A DNA stretch of 41,700 nt from Candidatus Sigynarchaeum calidifontis (GCA_030587475.2 JAUQYZ020000001.1:1-41700); one strand, 5' to 3'. Counted from the first letter of the stretch, positions 18,325 through 27,747 are shown. Notes: generated by a model from the sequence alone, not told the origin. Numbers and translations are program-made.

Positions 18325-19116
18325 ATGAAGTTAAAAGGCGACGGTAGCACATTTTCTCGAGAAGCGGAGAAGATCGCTGCACTCTTGCGCCAGGCGAGGC
18401 ATGCGATCGCCCTCACGGGTGCAGGCATCTCAACGGATAGCGGGATCCCCGACTTCAGGTCGCCAAAGACAGGCTTGTGGAACCAGAAGGATGCCAAGAT
18501 GTTAACGGAGCCCGGCGCGTTCGACAAGGCCATGGAATATTTCTGGAAATTCGGTTACAAGATCGGTAAAAAGATCCTCAAGGCGAAACCGAACCCGGGT
18601 CATCAAATCCTCGCCAGGTGGGAGATGGAACTCGGGATCATCAAGGCCATCATCACGCAAAACGTTGACGAGCTGCACCAGCGGGCAGGTTCGAAAAACG
18701 TGATCGAGATCCACGGCACCGCTTTCGAGGGAAAATGCATGTTCTGCCGAGGATCATACACGATGAAGCAGATGATGCGGCTTTACAAGGAATCTCGAAA
18801 GACCTATCCATGCTGCATCGTGTGCAGCGCGCCCGTGCGGCCACAAGTGGTTCTCTTCGGCGAGGAATTGCCGCGAGAGGCAATGGCAAGGGCAAGCGAG
18901 GAGATCAAGCAATGTGACGTGGCGCTATTACTCGGTTCCTCGTCAGTCGTGTATCCCGCCAATTATTTGCCCGTGCTCATCAAGGAAAACGGGGGCAAGG
19001 TCATCATCGTGAACCAGGTAGAGACCGAGCTGGACCGGATCGCGAGCATCGTCGTGCACGGGTCGATATCACACGTGCTAAGGCAAGTTGACATGTTCTT
19101 GACGGAAAAAACGTAA
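18325..19116 (+). CDS. cobB: Sir2-family NAD-dependent protein deacylase
   Basis: TGAGISTDSGIPDFRS, ITQNVDELH, EIHG, two CxxC pairs, RPQVVLFGE and GSSSVVYPA. Confidence 0.95.
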   Translation: MKLKGDGSTFSREAEKIAALLRQARHAIALTGAGISTDSGIPDFRSPKTGLWNQKDAKMLTEPGAFDKAMEYFWKFGYKIGKKILKAKPNPGHQILARWEMELGIIKAIITQNVDELHQRAGSKNVIEIHGTAFEGKCMFCRGSYTMKQMMRLYKESRKTYPCCIVCSAPVRPQVVLFGEELPREAMARASEEIKQCDVALLLGSSSVVYPANYLPVLIKENGGKVIIVNQVETELDRIASIVVHGSISHVLRQVDMFLTEKT

Positions 19117-19122
19117 ACGGGT

Positions 19123-19557
19123 TCAATAGCTCGCCGTGCCGATCGTCGTCCCTTGCAGCAATTCAGCAGCTTTCTTGAATGTTTTTCGCAAGATCTGGAA
19201 GAAATAGCCCAGCTTGTATCCTTTCTTCGAAGTAGAGAGTAACATGAATGGAACAGATGGGCTGACCGTTATGATCGAGTATCCCTTCTGTCCGCGAACC
19301 ACGACCTCGCTCACCTCGCCATACTCCAGCGTCATGGTCACCGTGTTGCCGAGCGACACGAGAGCGGCAGGGCTTGCAGAATATAGATCCGCGTCGATGC
19401 GTGGCCCTATCGAGCTATCCGCGTGGGCGATACGCAAGCCGGTTGTTGAAATGATCGCACAACCCTCGAGTTCCGTCTTCGATTCGAGCTCTTCGAGCAT
19501 CTCGGCTAGCTGGATCTGGATTTTCGGGTCAATCTCTACTTCTTTTTGGCCGGCCAT
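19123..19557 (-). CDS. Stand-alone roadblock/LC7 domain protein
   Basis: LEELESKTELEGCAIISTTGLRIAH...LEYGEVSEVVVRGQKGYSII...KLGYFF. Confidence 0.88.
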   Translation of the reverse strand: MAGQKEVEIDPKIQIQLAEMLEELESKTELEGCAIISTTGLRIAHADSSIGPRIDADLYSASPAALVSLGNTVTMTLEYGEVSEVVVRGQKGYSIITVSPSVPFMLLSTSKKGYKLGYFFQILRKTFKKAAELLQGTTIGTASY

Positions 19558-19663
19558 GTGCAATGATCAAATAGAACTCAAGGTAAAAAAAGCTTGTTTC
19601 GGCGAACGACAAGGGCGCAACGATAGCTCGACCGATGGGAGCGTGCCAAGCGGGTGGTGGCAT

Positions 19664-19987
19664 TCAGACCATTTCCAGCATTTTTACTTCCTTGGCCTTG
19701 TATTCTTCATCCATAATCCCGCCCATATCAAGTACCGCTTTCAACTTCCACAGCGGGTCGAGCAAGTCTACCGAGCGCACGCACCAAGCGACTTTAAAAA
19801 CCAAACCTATGGTGCCTTGCGGGATGCCTCCCCGAGGGAGCAGTTCGTGGAAATATTCAATCAAATTTGCGTCGTGGCCATGTAAATCGTCCACACGCAA
19901 AATGAGCTCCACCGGTTCCATGACAGCGCAGAAGCTATCGCTACAACCAAGTGGCGAATGCACGCGTGATAGAAAGATCAACACCAT
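19664..19987 (-). pseudogene. Possible degraded gene remnant with SHOCT-like C-terminus
   Basis: LDPLWKLKAVLDMGGIMDEEYKAKEVKML resembles SHOCT (LxKLKxLLDxGxITEEEYxxKK), while the N-terminal part looks non-protein-like. Confidence 0.4.
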
Positions 19988-20042
19988 TTACTTGATCCGT
20001 GTACGCGGAATCCACCCGTCGAGTGACGTGCTAACAAATGGT

Positions 20043-20090
20043 ATAAAGAAAGGGATGATATAAAGAAATAAGGGATGATACAAAGAAATA
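20043..20090. repeat. 20 bp tandem repeat (about 2.4 copies) just after the rpl15 stop; U-rich on the minus strand
   Basis: agggatgataTaaagaaata (20051-20070) and agggatgataCaaagaaata (20071-20090), with a partial ataaagaa at 20043-20050. Confidence 0.8.
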
Positions 20091-20098
20091 TAGCGCGT

Positions 20099-20566
20099 CT
20101 ACTCGTCGCTTTCATTGGTAGCAGCAGTGATCTTGACCGAACCGCCGGCCGCGGAGATTTTTTCGATCGCCTTGGCACTGGCCATCTCCACGGTGATGTT
20201 ATACTTGCCGTTGACAGTCCCCGTGCTCAGCAGCTTGTTGTACCCGAGAGCCCCAAGGTCGATGTCGTACTGGCTGCCCTTCTTCGTGGCAGCGCCGGCC
20301 TTCTCGTACTCGGCCAGCCTCGTTTCGATGGTCTTGATGTCAATAGCGTTGACCTTCTTGACGACTTGCGCGGGGCGGTTGAAGCCGTGTTTGCCGAGCC
20401 AGTCCGGCTCGTACCTGATGACCCAGCTCCACATGTGCTTGCACGCGCCCGTCCAGCCGTGGCCGGCATTGCTACCGGAGCCCCGGTGCTGGGCCTGGCG
20501 GCCCCAGCCGTTCGTGCGGGAACCACGAAACTTGCTGCGGTTTTTTTTGTATTTGATCCCTGCCAT
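20099..20566 (-). CDS. rpl15: 50S ribosomal protein uL15
   Basis: RGSRTNGWG...HRGSG...GKHGF...KLLSTG; position in the spc cluster. Confidence 0.96.
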   Translation of the reverse strand: MAGIKYKKNRSKFRGSRTNGWGRQAQHRGSGSNAGHGWTGACKHMWSWVIRYEPDWLGKHGFNRPAQVVKKVNAIDIKTIETRLAEYEKAGAATKKGSQYDIDLGALGYNKLLSTGTVNGKYNITVEMASAKAIEKISAAGGSVKITAATNESDE

Positions 20567-21133
20567 TCAAATCATCCTCACGAGTAACTTGTTGATTTCG
20601 GTACCATGGTACCCCAGGACCCCGCCTTCTGCAAAGGCAATCTTTATCCCCTTGTTGAAGCCGCCGCGGGCAGGGTGAAGCCTGAAGATGGGTACGACTT
20701 GCTTGTCGAGCTCGTGGTATTTCACTTCGCCCTTCAAGAGTGCGTCAGCAAGTGCCTCGTATGACGGATACCCCGTCAGGTTTTTCACGCTCGTCTCGTC
20801 AAACGGACGATTTCCAGTGAGCCTTGCCTTTTTCTTGAGCAAGGTTATCAGCGTTTCCTTATCGATGATACCGTAGGCGATGTTATCCTTGCACTTGAAA
20901 AGTATTCCGTTCATCGCCGGTGATGCCCGCACGAGCGCGGCGTGATGCTTGTGGTGCAGTCGCATTAGTGCCATTGCCCTCTTGACATCGATATTCTTCT
21001 TGACATCGCCTCGTATGCGGATCGCCACGAGCAGCACGTCGTTCAGATCCTTCGCGTGAGTGGCATCCGCTGCTTTTACTGGTTCCGCTGGTTTCTGCCC
21101 TGCAACCACTGCTTGTTCCGATTTCTTGGCCAT
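20567..21133 (-). CDS. rpl30: 50S ribosomal protein uL30 (archaeal long form)
   Basis: AIRIRG...FRLHPARGGF...GYHGTEINKLLVRMI. Confidence 0.95.
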   Translation of the reverse strand: MAKKSEQAVVAGQKPAEPVKAADATHAKDLNDVLLVAIRIRGDVKKNIDVKRAMALMRLHHKHHAALVRASPAMNGILFKCKDNIAYGIIDKETLITLLKKKARLTGNRPFDETSVKNLTGYPSYEALADALLKGEVKYHELDKQVVPIFRLHPARGGFNKGIKIAFAEGGVLGYHGTEINKLLVRMI

Positions 21134-21153
21134 GTTAATTCCGCCTGATTAGG

Positions 21154-21873
21154 TTATTTCGGTATGTCGGGGGAAGAGACTTTCATCGTCTTCTTCAAGG
21201 CTTCAAAGGTGGCTTTAGTCATGTTCGAGGTCGACCGAGTCCTGCCCGATGTCCTAGACCATATGTCCTTGATCCCCGCGAGCTGCAGCACGACCTTCGC
21301 CGTGTCCCCGACCGCGAGCCCGATACCCTTTGGCGCGGGGATTAATTCGATCTCGACCGAGCCAGCCTTGCCGACCACGCGGAACGGGATCGTGTGGGGG
21401 TCGCCACAGCCGCATTCCCAACTGCCGCAACCCCGCTTCACGGGGATGAGGCCAAGCTTGGCCAGATTGATAGCCTTGTGGATCGCCGGGCCGATCTCCT
21501 TGGCCTTGGCCTCGCCGAGACCAATATAGCCATCGGCACCGACCACGACCGTGACCTTGAAGTTGCTGAGCTCGCCAGCGTCTGTCTGTTTCTGGACGAG
21601 CTTGACGTCGCAAACCTCTTCCTTGATACCAGGGACGAGTTTATCGACGATCTCGACCTCTTTAATGGGCATGATGTTCGTAAAGACCTCGTCAATGCTG
21701 GTGATCCTTCCCTCATTCACCATTTTTCCCAGTTTCGTTCTCGGTTCCCACTTGGGCACTTTCGCTTTTATCGTCTCGCGATCCCTGCCTTTGCGGCCTT
21801 TCCTGCCACCACCGCCGCGGCGCTCGCCCCGGCCACTACCGGAACGCTCGGGTCTCCTTGATTCTTCTGCCAT
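21154..21873 (-). CDS. rps5: 30S ribosomal protein uS5
   Basis: WEPRTKLGKMV, KQTDAGE, RGCGSWECGCG, PAPKGIGL. Confidence 0.97.
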   Translation of the reverse strand: MAEESRRPERSGSGRGERRGGGGRKGRKGRDRETIKAKVPKWEPRTKLGKMVNEGRITSIDEVFTNIMPIKEVEIVDKLVPGIKEEVCDVKLVQKQTDAGELSNFKVTVVVGADGYIGLGEAKAKEIGPAIHKAINLAKLGLIPVKRGCGSWECGCGDPHTIPFRVVGKAGSVEIELIPAPKGIGLAVGDTAKVVLQLAGIKDIWSRTSGRTRSTSNMTKATFEALKKTMKVSSPDIPK

Positions 21874-21895
21874 GTGATTATCATTCTCCAATCGT

Positions 21896-22498
21896 TCACG
21901 AGTACTTCTTGTCGATCTGTTTCTTGATATCGGCCACGGCGGCGGATATCTTGGATGAATCCTTGACCTTGCTGAATTGGAACTGCGATGCCGATTTTAT
22001 AACGCCGTCCTTGCCAGCCTCCTTGGCCGCATCTTTTATTTGCTTCGCGTAGGATTCGATATGTTTTCCGTTAAGGCGATCCTCGTCGGGGAAGATGTCC
22101 TCGTCTGCCGGAACCTCGATGCCCGCATCGATGACACCTTTCAACACGGCCCACGTCCGGTTGATATGGGTTCGTAGCCCGATGTCGGCAATGCCGTTCG
22201 TGATGCCGGCCTTGAGCGCCTTTTTACCAAGCAGGTAACCCGTGAGGTACGCACAAGGGAGATTGCCCGTGCCATACTCCCACTTGAATTCCTTCTGGAG
22301 CATCTTGGATGAGGCAGCGGCGCGGATCATGTCCCCTTTCAACTTCGCGTCGGTAACTTGGGCGATCACGTTCTTGCTAGAAGGCCGGATGACGATCCGG
22401 CTGCGACCCGAGGTGAGCAAGCTTTTGCGCGCGTAGTAATTGGTCCTGCCTTCACGCCGGCGACGGAAAGGTACTCGATAATTGGGTCCTTTTGCCAT
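21896..22498 (-). CDS. rpl18: 50S ribosomal protein uL18
   Basis: GPNYRVPFRRRREGRTNYYAR, NLPCAYLTGYL. Confidence 0.97.
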   Translation of the reverse strand: MAKGPNYRVPFRRRREGRTNYYARKSLLTSGRSRIVIRPSSKNVIAQVTDAKLKGDMIRAAASSKMLQKEFKWEYGTGNLPCAYLTGYLLGKKALKAGITNGIADIGLRTHINRTWAVLKGVIDAGIEVPADEDIFPDEDRLNGKHIESYAKQIKDAAKEAGKDGVIKSASQFQFSKVKDSSKISAAVADIKKQIDKKYS

Positions 22499-22520
22499 GT
22501 ACGTTCACTTCACTCCGTTT

Positions 22521-22994
22521 TTACTTCTTGGATTTGCGCGCCTTTTCTTTTTTAAGTACACCTTTATCCTGCATGTATCGCTTGAGCTGGGCTGTGTTCT
22601 TGAAGTTCCCGCCCTTCGCGAGTGCATAGTACTTCTGGTAGGTGACCGTGTCGATGATTTGCTTGTCCCGCAAGTTCTTGAGGAACGCGCGAATGCTGCG
22701 GATATGGGCAACCCAGGAAGATTTCGGGTCGTTGCGCGACGATGCGACGCCCTTGTGCGTGCCTGGGCCCGAACGGCGTCCCTTCTTTTTCTGCTCGTGG
22801 ATTGCCTTGGCACGGGCGCGGCTGACGCCCGTAGAATACCGTTTCTTTATGACGCCGCTGTTAATGAGCCCACGGATGTCACGCATCGTGATGGCTGTTG
22901 AAATATCGCTCGACATGAACGGATCCATGAACACGCGGTTCTCGCCGCATTTCAAGGCCTTTGCCGCGAGCCGGCGTTGTGCAGTGAGATTCAT
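22521..22994 (-). CDS. rpl19e: 50S ribosomal protein eL19
   Basis: QRRLAAKALKCGENRV, GRRSGPGTHKG, KGGNFKN. Confidence 0.97.
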   Translation of the reverse strand: MNLTAQRRLAAKALKCGENRVFMDPFMSSDISTAITMRDIRGLINSGVIKKRYSTGVSRARAKAIHEQKKKGRRSGPGTHKGVASSRNDPKSSWVAHIRSIRAFLKNLRDKQIIDTVTYQKYYALAKGGNFKNTAQLKRYMQDKGVLKKEKARKSKK

Positions 22995-23590
22995 TTCTTG
23001 TCACCAGTCTTCTTCTTTTCGTCGTTCTTGACGACATCCTTCTTGTTGTCGTCCGTCTTGACTTCATCCTTTTTGCTGTCAACATCCACGTCCTTGAGGT
23101 CATCAGCTGTGACTGATGGACCCTCGATCTTGCCAACCGTCGCGTCGACATCTTCGGGGGTAATGATCGCCGTCTCCTCGGCAGCGGTTGAAACTTTGAT
23201 GCCGGGATTGAGCAGTGTAAAACCGCGGGAAAGTATGGCTTCTTTGAGAGTAATGCGCTTGCGCCGGCCGACCGTGGAGCCGATCATGATAGCGTGGTTC
23301 TTAGGTTTCAAAGTCGCGAGTTCGCTTTCGTTGTGCACCACGACGCACTCGTAACCGCTCGGATGCAAGCCACGAACATCGCGAGGCGACCGGTAACCGA
23401 CCGCGGGCATGCGAGGAAGACCTGGCTTGGTACCACGGGCGAAAACCCAGCGCTGTTTGTTATCTTTGCCCATTGGCTTGCGCCAGGATGACCGGCTGAG
23501 GCGTGCATATCGCCAACTCTCGTTGCGAAGAAAACGCTTCTTGGAATGACCCTTGAGAATTTTTTCCTTGATTTTTTCACGCTTTACCAT
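22991..23590 (-). CDS. rpl32e: 50S ribosomal protein eL32 with ~65-aa C-terminal extension
   Basis: WRKPMGKDNKQR, VGYRSPRDVRGLHPSGY, LLNP followed by a D/K-rich tail. Confidence 0.95.
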   Translation of the reverse strand: MVKREKIKEKILKGHSKKRFLRNESWRYARLSRSSWRKPMGKDNKQRWVFARGTKPGLPRMPAVGYRSPRDVRGLHPSGYECVVVHNESELATLKPKNHAIMIGSTVGRRKRITLKEAILSRGFTLLNPGIKVSTAAEETAIITPEDVDATVGKIEGPSVTADDLKDVDVDSKKDEVKTDDNKKDVVKNDEKKKTGDKK

Positions 23591-23609
23591 AAAAAATCAT
23601 CTCGTTTCT

Positions 23610-24182
23610 TCAGGTTTTAACGTGCCAGAGCAGCGCATCACCGGCCCATTTTTCCATGATATAAATCCCGTCCTGGAAAATGCGGCGATCCTTGAACCGA
23701 ATTTTTGCAGCTTGCTGGAATCGGCCAGCATTCAAAGAAACTTCTTCCTTATCGATGCCTTCGATTATCACGTTTTCTTTCGTTGCCGTCACTTTCACGT
23801 TGCCCAGGATTGGCACGAGCCGCTTCCCGCGCTCGCCCGTGTAATTCGTGATCTCCAGGATGTCCTTGTCAACCTTGACAGTGAGGGGAAAATGGGAATA
23901 TGCGATGATCATCTTGTATTTAAATCCGACCGTCACGCCGAGTATCATGTTCTTGATGTGGCCCTCCAGCGTACCGAGCATGGCCAGGTCAGCCTTCCGG
24001 GGGAAACGGGACTCGATCAGGATCTTTCCCTTCGCTGGTGAGCTGAGCTCGACGTTCTTGGCGTGGCTGAAGTCTCGCTTAACAGTGCCTTTGGGGCCCT
24101 TGATCTCGATTTTTTTACCATCCAGCTTGAAGGAAACCGTATCCGGAACAGTAATTTCCCGTTGTGAATATGCATACTTCAT
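23610..24182 (-). CDS. rpl6: 50S ribosomal protein uL6
   Basis: KGPKG, YSHFP, NYTGE, KDRRIFQDGIYI. Confidence 0.97.
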   Translation of the reverse strand: MKYAYSQREITVPDTVSFKLDGKKIEIKGPKGTVKRDFSHAKNVELSSPAKGKILIESRFPRKADLAMLGTLEGHIKNMILGVTVGFKYKMIIAYSHFPLTVKVDKDILEITNYTGERGKRLVPILGNVKVTATKENVIIEGIDKEEVSLNAGRFQQAAKIRFKDRRIFQDGIYIMEKWAGDALLWHVKT

Positions 24183-24234
24183 ATTCTTTCACTCGGTTCT
24201 GTTAATCATTATGATGATTGCCATGTTTTGTGAA

Positions 24235-24627
24235 TCAATACACGTAGGCAAGTAGCCGGCCGCCGATGCCTTTTTGTTTTGCATCGTCATTGGTCATGAT
24301 CCCTTGATTCGTGCTCAAGATGAGAAATCCAAAACCCTTGCTAGGCAAGAATTTAGTCTCCCATTGCTCGATTTCGGTCTTGCGAACGGCATACCGGGGT
24401 TTGATGCTCTGCGCCTTGTTGATATGGCCTAAAAGCTCGACTTTAAATACACCCGCCTTTCCATCATCAATTAATTCAACGATGCCAATGTAACCACGCT
24501 GCATTAACACGTTGAGCACCTTTCCGACAAGTTTTGAAGCGGGATGTAAATATACATAATTTTTCGAACGTGCTTTTTCGGCATTATTGATAACCGCCAA
24601 GGCGTTGGATAATGGGTCTAGGAGCAT
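24235..24627 (-). CDS. rps8: 30S ribosomal protein uS8
   Basis: DPLSNAL, PASKL, IDDGKAG, LSTNQGIMT, GGRLLAYVY. Confidence 0.97.
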   Translation of the reverse strand: MLLDPLSNALAVINNAEKARSKNYVYLHPASKLVGKVLNVLMQRGYIGIVELIDDGKAGVFKVELLGHINKAQSIKPRYAVRKTEIEQWETKFLPSKGFGFLILSTNQGIMTNDDAKQKGIGGRLLAYVY

Positions 24628-24651
24628 TTCTGATTTTCACCTGTCATCGTT

Positions 24652-24798
24652 TTACGTATATTTCTTGAAATGAAGGTCGTTACCGACATCCCGGAAGCAT
24701 CGCCTGCAGATGTCAAGCCCGTAAGACCGGATCACGCCGCGATACGTGCCGCATCGCCTACATTTCACGCCGTTGAGTATGGATGTTTTCTTTACCAT
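24652..24798 (-). CDS. rps14: 30S ribosomal protein uS14 (Zn-binding type), 48 aa, not in ORF track
   Basis: Manual translation MVKKTSILNGVKCRRCGTYRGVIRSYGLDICRRCFRDVGNDLHFKKYT; lies between rpl5 and rps8. Confidence 0.95.
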   Translation of the reverse strand: MVKKTSILNGVKCRRCGTYRGVIRSYGLDICRRCFRDVGNDLHFKKYT

Positions 24799-24815
24799 TT
24801 TTTTGCTTCACCATG

Positions 24816-25400
24816 CTAATACATGCCAACCTCGATCACGTCAACCACTTCGGCATTGAAGTTCTCCTCCATGAAGAGAATGGCTTCTGACTTTGTTACA
24901 TATTGTTTCTTGGCCATGCGCGACGAGCGAACCTTCCGGACGCGAACGCGCTGGCCAGGTCTCACGATCTTGACAGTAATTTCAAAACCGAAAATCCCTA
25001 TATTAGGGTCGTATTTCATACCCGGCACGTTGATGTGTTCCTTCACGCCCCACGAAACGTTCCCCGCGTTGTCGAAAGAACGCCGCAAGATCTTGAAATC
25101 GTGCTCGACCATCGCGCGCTTGATGAACTCCACCGCTTTTTCGCCACGAAGGGTCACCACGGCAGCGATTTTTTCGCCCTTGCGGATGTTGAATTCTTTG
25201 ATCGATTTCTTGGCACCGACGAGGTTTGGTTTTTGCTTGCACATCTCCTCGAGAACCTGTGCTGCCTTCTGCAGCGTCTCGCCGGCTTGTCCAACGGCGA
25301 GGTTCACTACCACCTTCTCGAGCCGGGGCTTGAGGTTGGGATTTTTATCCCACAGAGCCCGGATCTCTTGTTTCTTGATCGCTGCGACTTGTTGTGACAT
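24816..25400 (-). CDS. rpl5: 50S ribosomal protein uL5
   Basis: KVVVNLAVG, VTLRG, SFDNAGNVSWGVKEHI, YDPNIGIFG. Confidence 0.97.
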   Translation of the reverse strand: MSQQVAAIKKQEIRALWDKNPNLKPRLEKVVVNLAVGQAGETLQKAAQVLEEMCKQKPNLVGAKKSIKEFNIRKGEKIAAVVTLRGEKAVEFIKRAMVEHDFKILRRSFDNAGNVSWGVKEHINVPGMKYDPNIGIFGFEITVKIVRPGQRVRVRKVRSSRMAKKQYVTKSEAILFMEENFNAEVVDVIEVGMY

Positions 25401-25422
25401 TATCAGTCATCCTCCGGCGTGA

Positions 25423-26160
25423 TCAACCCAAGGAAACGAGGGGCTTGCTATCACCGAGCACGAACAAGTACTTGAGCTTTGTTTCGAACGATTCACCCTT
25501 GTCCTCGAGCGTGGCCGTGTCGTTCTTCATTATCTTCGTTATCTTCGTGATTTTTCCCATGCGGCCGTCGTTGATGCCGTCCACGACGATCGCGAGCTTG
25601 CCCTCTTCAAGCTTCACGGAGTCGACAATTTCACCCGATCTCAAGTCGATCTTTACAGTGCTTCCAATAGTGTATTCTGCGGCTTCCTTCGGGTTCTTTG
25701 GGTCCTTGACTCTCACCAGGACGCTGCGGCCATCGTGTAGATTCAATTGCACGTTACCGCCTGGCTGCATCGTCTTGCCGATAATTTTACAAAGTTTAAA
25801 GTGCGCGTCCTTGTCGATCTCGACTAGCTTGTAGTAATACAACTTGTCGGTATTTACACGGAAGGTCTTTTTAAGTGCAGGGATCTCGATCACGTCCATC
25901 AAGCCGACGGGGAAGTGTATGTCCTTGCGTGGTTTGCCGTCGACGATCACGTGACCCGCAACAACCACTTTCTTTGCTTCCTTAGCGGTTGTGACGACCT
26001 TGAGCAAGTCCCGAAGCACATACAAGAGCGTGAAACTTTTACCAGCTTTGTGAGGACCCGGAATCGCCTTTGCGGTAAACGCGTATTCCTTCTTGTTGAT
26101 GCGCAAGTACGCCGGCGCAGCGAGACGCCGCACCACCAAGCTTCGTCCTTTTCTTGCCAT
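25423..26160 (-). CDS. rps4e: 30S ribosomal protein eS4
   Basis: RLAAP, PGPH, FPVGLMDVI, QLNLHDGR. Confidence 0.97.
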   Translation of the reverse strand: MARKGRSLVVRRLAAPAYLRINKKEYAFTAKAIPGPHKAGKSFTLLYVLRDLLKVVTTAKEAKKVVVAGHVIVDGKPRKDIHFPVGLMDVIEIPALKKTFRVNTDKLYYYKLVEIDKDAHFKLCKIIGKTMQPGGNVQLNLHDGRSVLVRVKDPKNPKEAAEYTIGSTVKIDLRSGEIVDSVKLEEGKLAIVVDGINDGRMGKITKITKIMKNDTATLEDKGESFETKLKYLFVLGDSKPLVSLG

Positions 26161-26167
26161 GCGTCGT

Positions 26168-26608
26168 TCACTTCCCCCTCTTCTTTCCAGATGCTATTTT
26201 TGGCTCCGCGGCCAGCCTTCTTTCCATCTCGGCCTCCCGAGCGGAAATTTTCCTGCGCTCGATGATTTGCTGGCGACGCTTGTCCAGATCGACCAATTTC
26301 GTGATGATTACCTTGGACGGGTGGATTGGATAGTAATGAAGGGAGCCATCTGATTTTTCCTTCGTGATTTCTTCGACCGTGATCTTGTATGCTTTTCTAT
26401 CGATACCGAGTACCTTCCCTTCGAGATCCTTGAACTGGCCCGCGGTAACGCGTACGTGATCGTTCACGCGAATTGGTAATCGTTTCACGTCATACTGCTT
26501 CGATAAAGCCTTTTCGAGCTTCGCGTTGAACTGGGATCCACGCCGGTTGAGCGGCATGTCCCTGAGCCAATTCCGCTGCTTCCTCGGTTTCTTTGAAGTC
26601 GTTGTCAT
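26168..26608 (-). CDS. rpl24: 50S ribosomal protein uL24
   Basis: SKKPRKQR, LPIRVNDHVRV, PIHPSKVIITKL; start at ATG 26608. Confidence 0.95.
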   Translation of the reverse strand: MTTTSKKPRKQRNWLRDMPLNRRGSQFNAKLEKALSKQYDVKRLPIRVNDHVRVTAGQFKDLEGKVLGIDRKAYKITVEEITKEKSDGSLHYYPIHPSKVIITKLVDLDKRRQQIIERRKISAREAEMERRLAAEPKIASGKKRGK

Positions 26609-26634
26609 TGTAATCGTGCCTTCTGGTGCTACTG

Positions 26635-27060
26635 CTAAACGATCAACGAGGCTATCGTCGCGACCCGCGGCCATAGCACCGCTGCTTCGCGTGCCACGGG
26701 CCCGGAAATCTCCGTTCCTTTCGTCTCGCCGGCCTCGTTCACGATGACCAACGCGTTGTCCTCGAACTCGATGTGCTGCCCGTTCGCCCGCCGGAAATGC
26801 TGGCGCTGCCGGACGATGACCGCGCGTAGGATCTTGCGCCGCGTGTCCGGCGTGCCTTTCTGGACCGCAACAACGACCATTGAACCGATGGTCGCGAGGG
26901 GTACCTGTTGGTAGTGTGCCTTGTACCGGGGAACGGCGATAATCCTAGCGGTCTTCGCGCCTGAATTATCGGCAACCTTCAGGATGGAACCGATCTCTAA
27001 GCCTCGGGTTATCTTCGGGAGAAAAATAATCCCTTTCTTGCCCATTTTACGCTTGCCCAT
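26635..27060 (-). CDS. rpl14: 50S ribosomal protein uL14
   Basis: VADNSGAK, AVIVRQR, FEDNA, GPVARE. Confidence 0.97.
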   Translation of the reverse strand: MGKRKMGKKGIIFLPKITRGLEIGSILKVADNSGAKTARIIAVPRYKAHYQQVPLATIGSMVVVAVQKGTPDTRRKILRAVIVRQRQHFRRANGQHIEFEDNALVIVNEAGETKGTEISGPVAREAAVLWPRVATIASLIV

Positions 27061-27066
27061 AAGTCA

Positions 27067-27447
27067 TCACGCTTGAGGTTCTTGGTCAACTTGGGTTTCC
27101 GTGGACGTTAATTTGACGGCTGACTTGTTTTCGATAATCACCGAAGCCACGGTCTTGGAGATCTTTCTTGTTTCCATAAAGACGACCGTATCGCCTACTG
27201 CCACGTCGATACAAGGGGGGCAATGGACGCTTTGTTTCGAATTCCTGCGTTCATACCGGTTGTATTTCTTTACTTTGAACAGAAAGTCGCGACGAATCGT
27301 GACCGTCCGCTGCATCTTCGTGCTCGTCACGACACCCTCGTAGATCCTGCCACGCAAACTGATCTGACCATGGTACGGGCAATGTTTGTCGTTGCAAGCC
27401 TTGGAGGGCGTGGTCGAGACCGCAACCCCGATGTTACGTGCTGCCAT
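27067..27447 (-). CDS. rps17: 30S ribosomal protein uS17
   Basis: CNDKHCPYHG, KYNRYERR, ETRKISKT. Confidence 0.97.
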   Translation of the reverse strand: MAARNIGVAVSTTPSKACNDKHCPYHGQISLRGRIYEGVVTSTKMQRTVTIRRDFLFKVKKYNRYERRNSKQSVHCPPCIDVAVGDTVVFMETRKISKTVASVIIENKSAVKLTSTETQVDQEPQA

Positions 27448-27453
27448 TATTGT

Positions 27454-27747
27454 TCACGATGAATAGTGTTTTTTTCCGATGTTTTTTATGCGATCCCACG
27501 GCCGGCCAATGATCAAGTCGCCGGGAACCAGCACATTCTTGCCCGAAGGCAACGTGATATTGAACATGTTATGTTTCTTGAGAACGCGCGCGATGCGGCC
27601 ATTTGGGCGCTGCACGAGTACCAAATTCGCAGTCTCGTCCACGATCGTACCTTGCAATCCGATTAGGGATCGGCAAGCTGGCTGGTGTATAGAAACGTGC
27701 AAGCCAATTAGTTCGTGGAACAAGATATTGTTGGGGGTGATGGGCAT
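27454..27747 (-). CDS. rnp1: RNase P protein component 1 (Rpp29/Pop4)
   Basis: HELIGL...GTIVDETAN...GRPWDRIK; conserved position before rps17. Confidence 0.93.
   Translation of the reverse strand: MPITPNNILFHELIGLHVSIHQPACRSLIGLQGTIVDETANLVLVQRPNGRIARVLKKHNMFNITLPSGKNVLVPGDLIIGRPWDRIKNIGKKHYSS

Noticed and set aside
20043-20090. CRISPR-like repeat
   Set aside because: Copies are directly adjacent with no spacers, there are only ~2.4 units, and there are no cas genes.
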